This document shows, one piece after another, positions 9,437 to 17,774 of a stretch of 64,000 nt of DNA. Below the pieces are notes generated by a model. It made no database searches, had not been told where the DNA came from, and saw only the letters and a program-made list of their open reading frames with translations. The DNA is from an uncultured Lachnospiraceae bacterium. Lineage in GTDB: Bacteria > Bacillota > Clostridia > Lachnospirales > Lachnospiraceae. Location: positions 674 to 64,673 of the forward strand of contig CAJTVT010000011.1 in the NCBI GenBank assembly GCA_910580015.1, read 5' to 3'. How positions within the stretch are numbered: the first letter of the stretch is position 1; each line of letters starts with the position of its first letter. Made by a program: the position numbers and the translations under genes.

Positions 9437-10069
9437 TCATTCCAATCCCTCCATAAGCGTCAGCATCTCCAGCCAGAAATCCACATCCTTTGCCGGAGCC
9501 GCCCATAACCGGATGGACAGAATGGTGATTGCCTGTTGGCGGAGTCGGTAATAGTGCCTGGAAGACATGTCCAGCCGATAGAGAAGCTCCGTATGATTCA
9601 GATGCTCCGGCGATATGTACGTCAAATAAACCAGCTGATACAGCTTCTCCCCATTCTCTGGCTTTTTCTTCAGTACCGTAAGCGCTTCATTTACCCGATC
9701 CAGGAGCAGCCTTGATTTCTGGATGCCATCCATCCGGTTCTCCAGCTTCCGGTTCCCCATAGCCATTTCCACATCCATATGCTCAATCAAGGCATCCACT
9801 CCCTCAAAGGGCTTTTCCAGCTCCTCCGCAATAGTTTCCGGGAAACATTCCATCATCCAGACGATGGTGCGGTATTGCTGCAGAAGCATAAGCGTATTGT
9901 GATAGCTGTTCCTGGTCTTCTCCTGCTTTGCAGAACGCACCTTCTCACTGTCAATCTTCTGATCCGCAAGAATCCCCCTCTTTGTCAAAAGGCTGATAAA
10001 TGCATCTGATTGTGCCAAAATCTTTTCTTCCTGCTGTTCATAAAGCTTTTTTTCATCCTGTCTGCTCAT
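9437..10069 (-). CDS. DUF1492/ArpU-RinA-like transcriptional regulator with C-terminal sigma-region-4-like HTH
   Basis: C-terminal ...LYQLVYLTY...LDMSSRHYYRLRQQAITIL HTH pattern; sits directly upstream of the transfer promoter. Confidence 0.7.
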   Translation of the reverse strand: MSRQDEKKLYEQQEEKILAQSDAFISLLTKRGILADQKIDSEKVRSAKQEKTRNSYHNTLMLLQQYRTIVWMMECFPETIAEELEKPFEGVDALIEHMDVEMAMGNRKLENRMDGIQKSRLLLDRVNEALTVLKKKPENGEKLYQLVYLTYISPEHLNHTELLYRLDMSSRHYYRLRQQAITILSIRLWAAPAKDVDFWLEMLTLMEGLE

Positions 10070-11126
10070 ATGTGAATAACTCCTTTGCTATTTTTGTGAT
10101 GTCCACAGGCACACACGGCCCGCGGATTTTACTCGTTTCTATCACTGCATCCGTATATATACTTTTACCCTTGCAGTCATATATACAATTCTTACAACTC
10201 CTACACGGAGAAAGATACGCGCGTATTATAGGGCCGGAAAGTGCAACGCCCCCTTCTGGCTCATTTTGATGCGTTTCTTCCGCCATAGCCCCTGTCAGTT
10301 TCCTGCTGTACCATGTGACGATACGGTTAAGCTGTTCATGGTCGGAACCTTTTTTCTGCGTATTTGCACCCAAAATGCGTATTTTATCCAGAATACTTAT
10401 AATATCTTCCTGGGTAGGCATTGAAACCTCTGTACCGGTTGGGTACAGTCTATTAAAAATGAGGCAGCCATAGGATCCGGGCAGACGGTACAGAGCAAAG
10501 ACATCCCCATGCTTCTGAAAAAACCTCCATACCTTCGTCTTTTCCCAGCCCCATCGCTGACCCAAGGCTTCCAAAGTCAAAACGGCGCCATATTTCCCAT
10601 ACTGGACAGCCGGCGCCAGGAATGAAAACACATTGTTTGTTTCCTCAAATACCGTGTGGCACCAAAGGTCAAGCCATGCGTCAGATTCCTCAAATTTAGT
10701 TTGCTTTACGGCAAGCCGCTCTGTTATGCTGCGGGGAAGGCAGAGAAAGCCATACCCTTCGGTGGCATAAACAGCCCCATCCATGCAAGTCTCTCCTGAG
10801 CATTTCACAACCCAGTCTGTGACCTGATAGGTGAGCTTTTTCGTTTTTGTATCCAATGTATATTCAAGATATCCCAACTCTGAGAGCGCCTGAAGCGTTT
10901 CCAGCGCCTTAGAGCGGCTTTTCATACCCAGTATGCTCTTTAGTCCTACAACGCCTCCAGACCACATGCCAGGGCTTACAGTGTTGCTATAACCACAATA
11001 GGAGGCCTGTCCTTTGCGGAATGCCGCACGGGATGCAAGCTTCGCCCAGTATCCCATAAGTCCTTTGCCTTCTAGCAGACGATTACGGGGCAGTTTTACC
11101 CATTGGTACTTCATTAAGCATTTCAC
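10053..11126 (-). CDS. Hypothetical protein with two wHTH-like modules (possible replication initiator)
   Basis: GTG 11126 after AGGAGGTG; duplicated motif YQWVKLPR / YGFLCLPR, each followed by an HTH-like segment; CxxCxxC near the C-terminus. Confidence 0.6.
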   Translation of the reverse strand: MKCLMKYQWVKLPRNRLLEGKGLMGYWAKLASRAAFRKGQASYCGYSNTVSPGMWSGGVVGLKSILGMKSRSKALETLQALSELGYLEYTLDTKTKKLTYQVTDWVVKCSGETCMDGAVYATEGYGFLCLPRSITERLAVKQTKFEESDAWLDLWCHTVFEETNNVFSFLAPAVQYGKYGAVLTLEALGQRWGWEKTKVWRFFQKHGDVFALYRLPGSYGCLIFNRLYPTGTEVSMPTQEDIISILDKIRILGANTQKKGSDHEQLNRIVTWYSRKLTGAMAEETHQNEPEGGVALSGPIIRAYLSPCRSCKNCIYDCKGKSIYTDAVIETSKIRGPCVPVDITKIAKELFTYEQTG

Positions 11127-11234
11127 ATCGGACACCTCCTTCCTAAAAATGGACACGTTCGCCTATCGGCTCACTGATCGCGGTATTCGCCATATGGGAA
11201 CGCAAGCGTCCCCGCATGGCTCATTACTCGCACC

Positions 11235-11272
11235 AAAAAAGGGCGACCTCTTTTTCCCTAAAGAAGCCGCCC
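11235..11272 (-). terminator. Intrinsic terminator after the DUF5348-like gene
   Basis: Minus strand GGGCGGCTTCTTT...AAAGAGGTCGCCC-TTTTTT. Confidence 0.75.
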
Positions 11273-11285
11273 GGCAATTAAACTG

Positions 11286-11498
11286 CTAAAGTCTTACAAC
11301 CAATCCTGAAATGTTATCTGTCTTGATACCCACCAGATACCAGTCTTCACCAAGCTCAATCCTGGTGGGTACCCATTTGCCATTAATCAGCACATCCATA
11401 CCAGTTCCACAATGTAATCCCCCATAATAAGATTCCAGTCCAAATCGTATGTCCATCCGCTCGCTTGACGGATCGTAAAATAAAGATCCCTGTTTCAT
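11286..11498 (-). CDS. DUF5348-like small ICE protein
   Basis: GGAGG RBS before ATG 11498 (MKQGSLFYD...); GLHCG and W.PTRIE motifs. Confidence 0.75.
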   Translation of the reverse strand: MKQGSLFYDPSSERMDIRFGLESYYGGLHCGTGMDVLINGKWVPTRIELGEDWYLVGIKTDNISGLVVRL

Positions 11499-11691
11499 AA
11501 AATTTTCCTCCAATTCTTTTTCAATCTCTTTACTAAGTATTTCCAGTTATTTACTCTTAAATCACTACATGATATAATGAGTTTACTCATTCAACGAGTA
11601 GCAAATTGCGATTACAGATGCCTGCATCTGTAATATAATAAAAACGACCAGACAGGTTAGCTACTCCTATCTGGCCGTTTATGACAAGTAT
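11494..11691. repeat. ~198-bp direct repeat, copy 1
   Basis: Near-identical to 12944..13140 by visual alignment, offset ~1450 bp. Confidence 0.95.
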
Positions 11692-11784
11692 GAAATTGTC
11701 TTAAATTCCTAATAATATTGTGTTGGGAAATCAAATAATTTCTGTCATTTATGATTTTTATGACGTAAGCAAACTGTTTTCCAC

Positions 11785-12829
11785 TTAAATTCTAACATAT
11801 CCTGTAGCTGGCCCTGAGCCAACCTTTGCAATGTGACCATTTTTAACTAATTCTGTCAAAGTCCGTTCTATTGTTGTTTTACTTATATCCGGACAAGTAT
11901 CCATGATTTCTTTCTTTGTAATTTTTCCAATCTTTTGATCAATTAAAGCTTTGATTCTATCTGGTTTAGAAAGACTTCTGTTTTAAATGTTCCACACGAT
12001 TTTCAAACTCATTATATGCTTTTAATGTAACTCCCAGATAGTATCTTACAAAAGGCTCATAGGCATTCTCATTTTCATGCCAGTTTCCGGAACTTGCCTG
12101 TAATGCCTCATAATAAGTTTCCTTTGTCTTTTCAATCAGCATTTCCATACTGATATATTTTCCTACAATATATCCAGCTTTATAAAACAAAAGGAGTGTA
12201 AGCAAACGGCTCATACGTCCATTCCCGTCATTAAAAGGGTGGATGCACAGAAAATCAAGGACAAACATTGGAATCAATATCAGTTTATCAATATAATCCG
12301 CTTCCCATGCCTCCCAAAAACGATTGCAGAGTTCCTCCACTGCTTCTGCCGTCTGAAATGCTGGAACAGGAATAAACCGCACTTTTTCATGGCCTTCAGC
12401 ATCTATCTCAGCGATCAGATTATCAGAATTTTTATAATTGCCACCAACAGCTCCACGCGAGAAAGAGTATAAATCCCGATGAAGCTGCAAAATCATATTT
12501 GACCTCGGAACAATATATTCATAGCTTTCATGAATCATGGCAAGCACTTCCCGGTAACCTGCAATTTCCTCCTCAGAACGGTTGCGTGGTTCTGCTTTCT
12601 GACTTACCAGCTCTTTTAACCGCTTATCTGTTGTATAGATACCTTCAATACGGTTAGATGCTCCTGTACTTTGAATCATAGCCACTTCCAGCAATGTTTT
12701 TAATTCGTCCTGATTTGCCTCAAGGAATAACTCCTGTTTTCCTTTATGTTCATGAATACTGGCAATCATTTGGACAATTTCTGGTGTTAATAATTTTTCA
12801 GGCGTTTTTCTATAATCAAATATCCTCAT
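11785..12829 (-). pseudogene. Fic-family protein (class II, N-terminal inhibitory motif), frameshifted before its C-terminal HTH
   Basis: HPFNDGNGRMSR Fic motif and SNRIEG inhibitory motif. The frame stops at 11966, but an alternative frame continues RSLSKPDRIKALIDQKIGKITKKEIMDTCPDISKTTIERTLTELVKNG... to TAA at 11785. Confidence 0.8.
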
Positions 12830-12943
12830 ATTATTTACCTCATTTCTAAAATATCTGCATCATTTTACCACAAAATGACGGAGATTCCAATACAATGACG
12901 GAGATATTTTCTTGTACTTATCCTTTACCACATCACGCAATGC

Positions 12944-13140
12944 TTCATAGAATTTTCCTCCAATTCTTTTTCAATCTCCTTACTAAGTATTTCCAGTTAT
13001 TTACTCTTAAATCACAACATGTTATAATGAGTATGCCATTCAACGAGTAGCAAATTGCGATTACAGATGCCTGCATCTGTAATATAAGAAAATTGACCAG
13101 ACAGGTTAGCTACTCCTATCTGGCCGTTTATGACAGGTAT
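12944..13140. repeat. ~198-bp direct repeat, copy 2
   Basis: Near-identical to 11494..11691, including the RBS and the first ATG AA(A/G) CA codons. Confidence 0.95.
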
Positions 13141-13248
13141 TCAATTATGAATATGTATTTACCGAAACTGCTCCTCCTTTCACTTACATTCACATATCCG
13201 CGCAGATACAGTGTCCCATTCTTGGTCAATGAATTAGGATAACCACCA

Positions 13249-13304
13249 GAAACGCCCTATTTATCAGCATTTCCTGTGTTGTCCTTATTATAACTCACTC
13301 ACAT
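13249..13304. other. Putative attachment junction (att) between spoIVB and the ICE
   Basis: spoIVB similarity ends at CAG GGA ATG (13304-13302 is the ATG), followed by TGA. Imperfect palindrome GAAACGC..GCATTTC at 13249-13273; TATAAT on the minus strand at 13292-13287. Confidence 0.7.
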
Positions 13305-14474
13305 TCCCTGTATCACCCCTCCAGTCAAATCCAGGAGCTCTGGATCTATTACCTGAAACAAAATCCCTTTATTTGCACTGTTGTAATCCAAGTCGGTAAT
13401 CGTTATCTGATATTCCTTCCGTTCTCCAGATACAGAAGAGACAATCATGGCCTCCCCTTTTTGAATATTTTGTTTTAAACTGATGGGATAATATTCATTT
13501 TCCTGACTTTCTTCTGGAGCACGCTGAAGCTTTCCATAAATTCCGACATCTGTGTTTTCATCCACACTCCCAAGCTTATATTGATCCAGATACGTAATAA
13601 CCCCAGAAATTTCACCAGGATTTCCTTTTTCCCCCTTGGTAATCCCAGCTATTTCGGCCTCATACAAAGTTCCTTCTCCCAGACTAACTCTCGTTCCAGT
13701 ATCCATATCGCTAACCGGATGACCAAGTGCTCCATAATATCCTTGTTCGTCATAGAAAGTCAAGGTTCCTACACCTGCCAGGTCATCTCTCACCCAAATG
13801 CCCAATTTATAATCATTTTCTTCTGTCTTCACTGGAATCACTTTAATTTGTATCAACTCTTCATCACGCAAAATCCCTAGCACCACTGCTTCCCCCTGGC
13901 ACTGACTAATTTTCTCCATCAATTGATCTTTATTTTCCACTATCTCGTCATTGACGGTCTTCACATAGTCACCGCTTTTTACAAGATTTACCGCTGGTTC
14001 ATGATTCATACCATCGCATCCCACCACATTTCCCGTACCAATCACCAGAACACCATCTGTCTTTACATAAATTCCAACAGGAATCCCACAAGGAATGACT
14101 TGCTCCTTGTCCATTACTTCCACAGACACATCCTTGATAGGAAACAGACCAAACAGTTTACAGGACATAAAATAGTTTCCCTGCTGTTGAGATTTCAAGG
14201 AAAAACTCTGATTTAAATTCAATGTGATCTTATCCTGATCCACACTGGGTGACTGATTTCCAAATACTTCCATCCCTTCCTGATCCAGTTCCGCAGTCAT
14301 CGGAACACGAAAATCAAAATCTTCTGCCTCTCCTTTTTCTATACGGATCGTATCTGGAATGGATTCTTCGATGATCGCATAAGAAAAAAGGATACCCCAG
14401 AAAAAGCCTGCAATCAAACTCCCGCGGGCAATCCATTTTTGAAAATTCATCGTTCTATATTTATGTTCTTTCAA
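13299..14474 (-). pseudogene. spoIVB: SpoIVB peptidase (S55), 5' part, interrupted just before the catalytic Ser
   Basis: PDZ region, LGIWVRD..AGVGTLTF, GALGH and GEKGNPGE motifs; ends LTGGVIQGM* without SGSPIIQ...; follows recN as is typical. Start uncertain (TTG 14474 or ATG 14450). Confidence 0.9.
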
Positions 14475-14644
14475 CTTTTCACACACCCTTGTATATATTT
14501 TTATTCCAAAATTCTTTTCGGATTTCTCATTTGCGGAAGGCCGCATTTGCGGGAAATTTCCTTCCGCCAGAGTAAAATCCTTTTTTAGTATGTGAAATTC
14601 TTTTATTTTCAATCTGGGATTTTTTTACTGAAATTTTACGAAAA

Positions 14645-16324
14645 TTACTTAGAATTTTTTACAGAAACGGCAAGTTCTTTCATTTCCCGCGCACTATCAA
14701 GCACAGTGTCTGTGATCTTCACACCACCGAGCATTCTTGCAAGCTCTGACACACTGTCTTCCTCCTGTAAAAGAACAATATTGGAAAATGTTGCATTTTT
14801 TACCACATTTTTTTTGATCAAAAAATGCTGATCTGCCATAGCCGCAATCTGGGGCAAATGGGTAATGCAAATGATCTGATGATTTTTGCCGATGACATTC
14901 ATTTTCTCTGCCACCATCTGTGCTGTTCTGCCACTGATTCCGGCATCAATCTCGTCAAAAATTAAAGTTTCAATCTGGTCGCTCTCAGCCAAAATCGTCT
15001 TGATCGCTAACATGATACGGCTCAACTCTCCACCAGAAGCCACTTTTCCCAAAGGTTTCATTGGCTCTCCAGGGTTGGTAGAAATCAAAAACTCTGCTTC
15101 GTCTCGGCCATTTGCTGTATACTTTCCAGTGTCTTGAAATTCCATAGTAAAATTCACATCCAAAAAATTAAGATCTACCAACGCTTCCTGTACCTGTTTT
15201 GTAAGCTTTTTCGCAAATTTTTGACGTATCTTCGAAACCTCATCGGAAATCTCTTTTAACGCGGCCTCTGACTGGCTAAGCCTCTTCTTTAGTTCCTCCA
15301 AATATTCCTCATAATCTCTTAGATGCTGGCAACGCATCTCTTTCTCTTCTTTCGCCTTCAGCACCGCATCAATACTGCCACCAAATTTCTCCTTTAAATG
15401 ATTGACCAGATCCAGACGTTTTTCTACCTCATAGAAAGTTTCTTCATCAAATTCCCCGTCGGAGATATAGCCAGACAACTCTCGGTTGAAATCATTTAAC
15501 AAATCATCAATTTCCTCCAATTGACTCGCCAATTCTCCCAACTGGGGATCATACTCTGCTACGGACTGCACCTCCCGCAGGGCACGCCCAAGCTGCTCTG
15601 TGGCGCTTCCATCTCCACCGGTCATTCCATAAGCAGTTCCTGCGGCTTCCAAAATCCTGCGACTGTTTGCCATTTTTTTGTATGAGATTTCCAACTCCTC
15701 ATCTTCTCCTGGAACCAGACTGGCATCCTCAATTTCCTGTATTTCATATTCCAGAAAAGAAAGCTCTCGTTCTCTGCCCTCTCCATCCTGTAATGCCTGC
15801 TTTTGTTCCTCCAGCGCCAAGTGATATTCTTGATAACATTTTTTTAAATGCTCCTTTTTCGCTCGAAGTTTGTCCCCAGCATACTCATCCAAAATTTCCA
15901 GATGCTTTTTCTTATGGAGCAGCGATTGGTGTTCATGTTGTCCATGGATATCAATAAGCAATGCAGCGACAGCCCGCATACAGGAAGCAGAAACTGTCTC
16001 TGAGTTAATTTTTCCCACGCTCCTGCTGGCAGTAATCTTGCGTGACATAATGATCTCATTATTTTCAGGATAAATCTCCATTTCTTTTAACTGATTTATC
16101 TGTTGTGGATTATCCACTCGAAATACCAGCTCCACCAGTGCATATTCCGCCTGTTCCCGCAGCAGTTCCTTTGGTGCCTTTTCCCCCAAGGCAAGATTGA
16201 TAGAGCCAATGATAATGGATTTACCGGCTCCTGTCTCTCCAGATAAAATATTTAATCCATCCCCAAACTCCACTTCTGCCTCCTCCATCAAGGCAAGATT
16301 CTTCACATGCAGACTTACTAACAT
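14645..16324 (-). CDS. recN: DNA repair protein RecN
   Basis: GETGAGKS, ASGGELSR, IFDEID, ITHLPQ. Confidence 0.97.
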   Translation of the reverse strand: MLVSLHVKNLALMEEAEVEFGDGLNILSGETGAGKSIIIGSINLALGEKAPKELLREQAEYALVELVFRVDNPQQINQLKEMEIYPENNEIIMSRKITASRSVGKINSETVSASCMRAVAALLIDIHGQHEHQSLLHKKKHLEILDEYAGDKLRAKKEHLKKCYQEYHLALEEQKQALQDGEGRERELSFLEYEIQEIEDASLVPGEDEELEISYKKMANSRRILEAAGTAYGMTGGDGSATEQLGRALREVQSVAEYDPQLGELASQLEEIDDLLNDFNRELSGYISDGEFDEETFYEVEKRLDLVNHLKEKFGGSIDAVLKAKEEKEMRCQHLRDYEEYLEELKKRLSQSEAALKEISDEVSKIRQKFAKKLTKQVQEALVDLNFLDVNFTMEFQDTGKYTANGRDEAEFLISTNPGEPMKPLGKVASGGELSRIMLAIKTILAESDQIETLIFDEIDAGISGRTAQMVAEKMNVIGKNHQIICITHLPQIAAMADQHFLIKKNVVKNATFSNIVLLQEEDSVSELARMLGGVKITDTVLDSAREMKELAVSVKNSK

Positions 16325-16370
16325 ATCCCTCTCCTTTTACTCTCTCATTTGAATCCTATCAGCGCATCCA

Positions 16371-16838
16371 TCACCCGCTGGCTGTATCATTTTCCATAAT
16401 TTTCCTCAGACGTCCCATGAGAAGTTCGGTATCTTCCACTGTGCGGACAGCACACATAATGGTGTCATCGCCTGCAATACTTCCCACAATTTCATTACAA
16501 TCCATAGCGTCCAATGCTGCTGCAACTGCCATTGCCATACCAGCAGACGTTTTAATTACCAAAATATTCTGCGCCATATCCATCGACACAAATCCCTCTT
16601 TGAAAATTCGAATATACTTTTCGCTCATATCACTGTAATTCTCGTTGAGAGCCACATATTTCTGTCGTCCGTTCTTTCCTGTCATCTTGGTGAGCTTCAA
16701 TTCCCGAATATCCCTAGAAACTGTGGCCTGGGTCACCTGAAACCCCTCCTGCACCAAGCGATCTGACAACTCCTCTTGTGTCTCAATATGATATTTTGAA
16801 ATTATTTCTAATATTTTTGCGTGACGCTTCGCCTTCAT
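16371..16838 (-). CDS. argR: Arginine repressor
   Basis: TQATVSRDI and GSIAGDDT motifs. Confidence 0.97.
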   Translation of the reverse strand: MKAKRHAKILEIISKYHIETQEELSDRLVQEGFQVTQATVSRDIRELKLTKMTGKNGRQKYVALNENYSDMSEKYIRIFKEGFVSMDMAQNILVIKTSAGMAMAVAAALDAMDCNEIVGSIAGDDTIMCAVRTVEDTELLMGRLRKIMENDTASG

Positions 16839-16857
16839 CCCTACCTCCTGAACTCCT

Positions 16858-17718
16858 TTACCAACTGCATCCCTGCAATTTTTTTCTAAGCCTCTCTAAA
16901 AAACTCAGACTGCTCAGTTTTAAAATCCTTGTACGGACCTGTGCCTTTTTCACCAGAATCTGATCTCCCTCATTTAAAGTTCCCACGGGATCTCCGTCAA
17001 AACTGACTTCCACGGTTCCTCCATGTCCTTCATTTCTCGTCCGAACCTCAATGGTAATCTCATCCTCTGCACCCAAAACAATGCTTTTGGCATTCAATGC
17101 ATGAGGACTGATTGGCGTCACCACCAACAGATCTGCCCTGGGATCTACAATAGGTCCACCTGCCGACATGCTGTATGCGGTAGACCCTGTAGGCGTTGCT
17201 ATGATAATTCCATCTGCACTGTATGTATTTAAATATTCTCCATTGACAGAAAGAATCAGATTTACTACTTGCAACATTCCGCAGCGGTGAATTACAATGT
17301 CATTCAGGGCAATCCTCTCCTCTATTCCCGATGGTTTGCCCAGACAGTAACCCGAAAGCAGCATTCGGGATTCCATCGTGTATTCTCCCCCTGCCAGAAG
17401 TTTCTTTACTCCCTGAATTACTGTATCTGCCTCAAGTTCACAGAGATATCCTACATGCCCTGTATTGACGCCCATCAAGGGAATATTGCGCACTGCCAGT
17501 TCTCTAGCTGCACGAAGCAATGTTCCATCCCCTCCCACTACCAAAATCAGTTCTGTTTCATCCGGAATTTTTTTCTGGTCAAAAGACATCTTGTCCTGCA
17601 CCCGATTTTCTTGATAGCCACAGGTACCTCCATGTTCCAGAATCACTCTTTGAATTTCTTTGGTAAGTTTCAATTGATCATCCCGCTTGGGATTTACAAT
17701 AATATAAAAATGTCTCAT
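16858..17718 (-). CDS. nadK: NAD kinase
   Basis: GGDGT, LND, DG...TPTGSTAY motifs. Confidence 0.96.
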   Translation of the reverse strand: MRHFYIIVNPKRDDQLKLTKEIQRVILEHGGTCGYQENRVQDKMSFDQKKIPDETELILVVGGDGTLLRAARELAVRNIPLMGVNTGHVGYLCELEADTVIQGVKKLLAGGEYTMESRMLLSGYCLGKPSGIEERIALNDIVIHRCGMLQVVNLILSVNGEYLNTYSADGIIIATPTGSTAYSMSAGGPIVDPRADLLVVTPISPHALNAKSIVLGAEDEITIEVRTRNEGHGGTVEVSFDGDPVGTLNEGDQILVKKAQVRTRILKLSSLSFLERLRKKLQGCSW

Positions 17719-17774
17719 TCCTTGTCCTCCTGAGCCAGGAGAACGCTTCACAACATCCCGATCATTCCCTTATG

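Larger units (their letters stand above)
1..13301 (-). mobile_element. Integrative conjugative element (one end only), inserted in spoIVB
   Basis: Co-oriented cluster of Gram-positive T4SS genes (VirB4, VirB6-like, pilin-like, cell-wall hydrolase) plus regulators and fic cargo. It ends where spoIVB is truncated at GM|(S). Integrase, relaxase and coupling protein are not seen in the window. Confidence 0.88.

Noticed and set aside
13128..13256. In-frame downstream stretch GVSGGYPNSLTKNGTL...VN...G.YIFIIEYL faintly resembles the missing SpoIVB C-terminus
   Set aside because: It is separated from spoIVB by two stop codons, needs several gaps to align, lacks the GAVTHV motif and overlaps the end palindrome. 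Probably chance; an HMM alignment would settle it.
14475..14612. N-terminal extension of spoIVB in the ORF track (likewise for rny, prfC, spoIIIAA, the response regulator and the reductase)
   Set aside because: Downstream starts with better RBS give family-typical N-termini.
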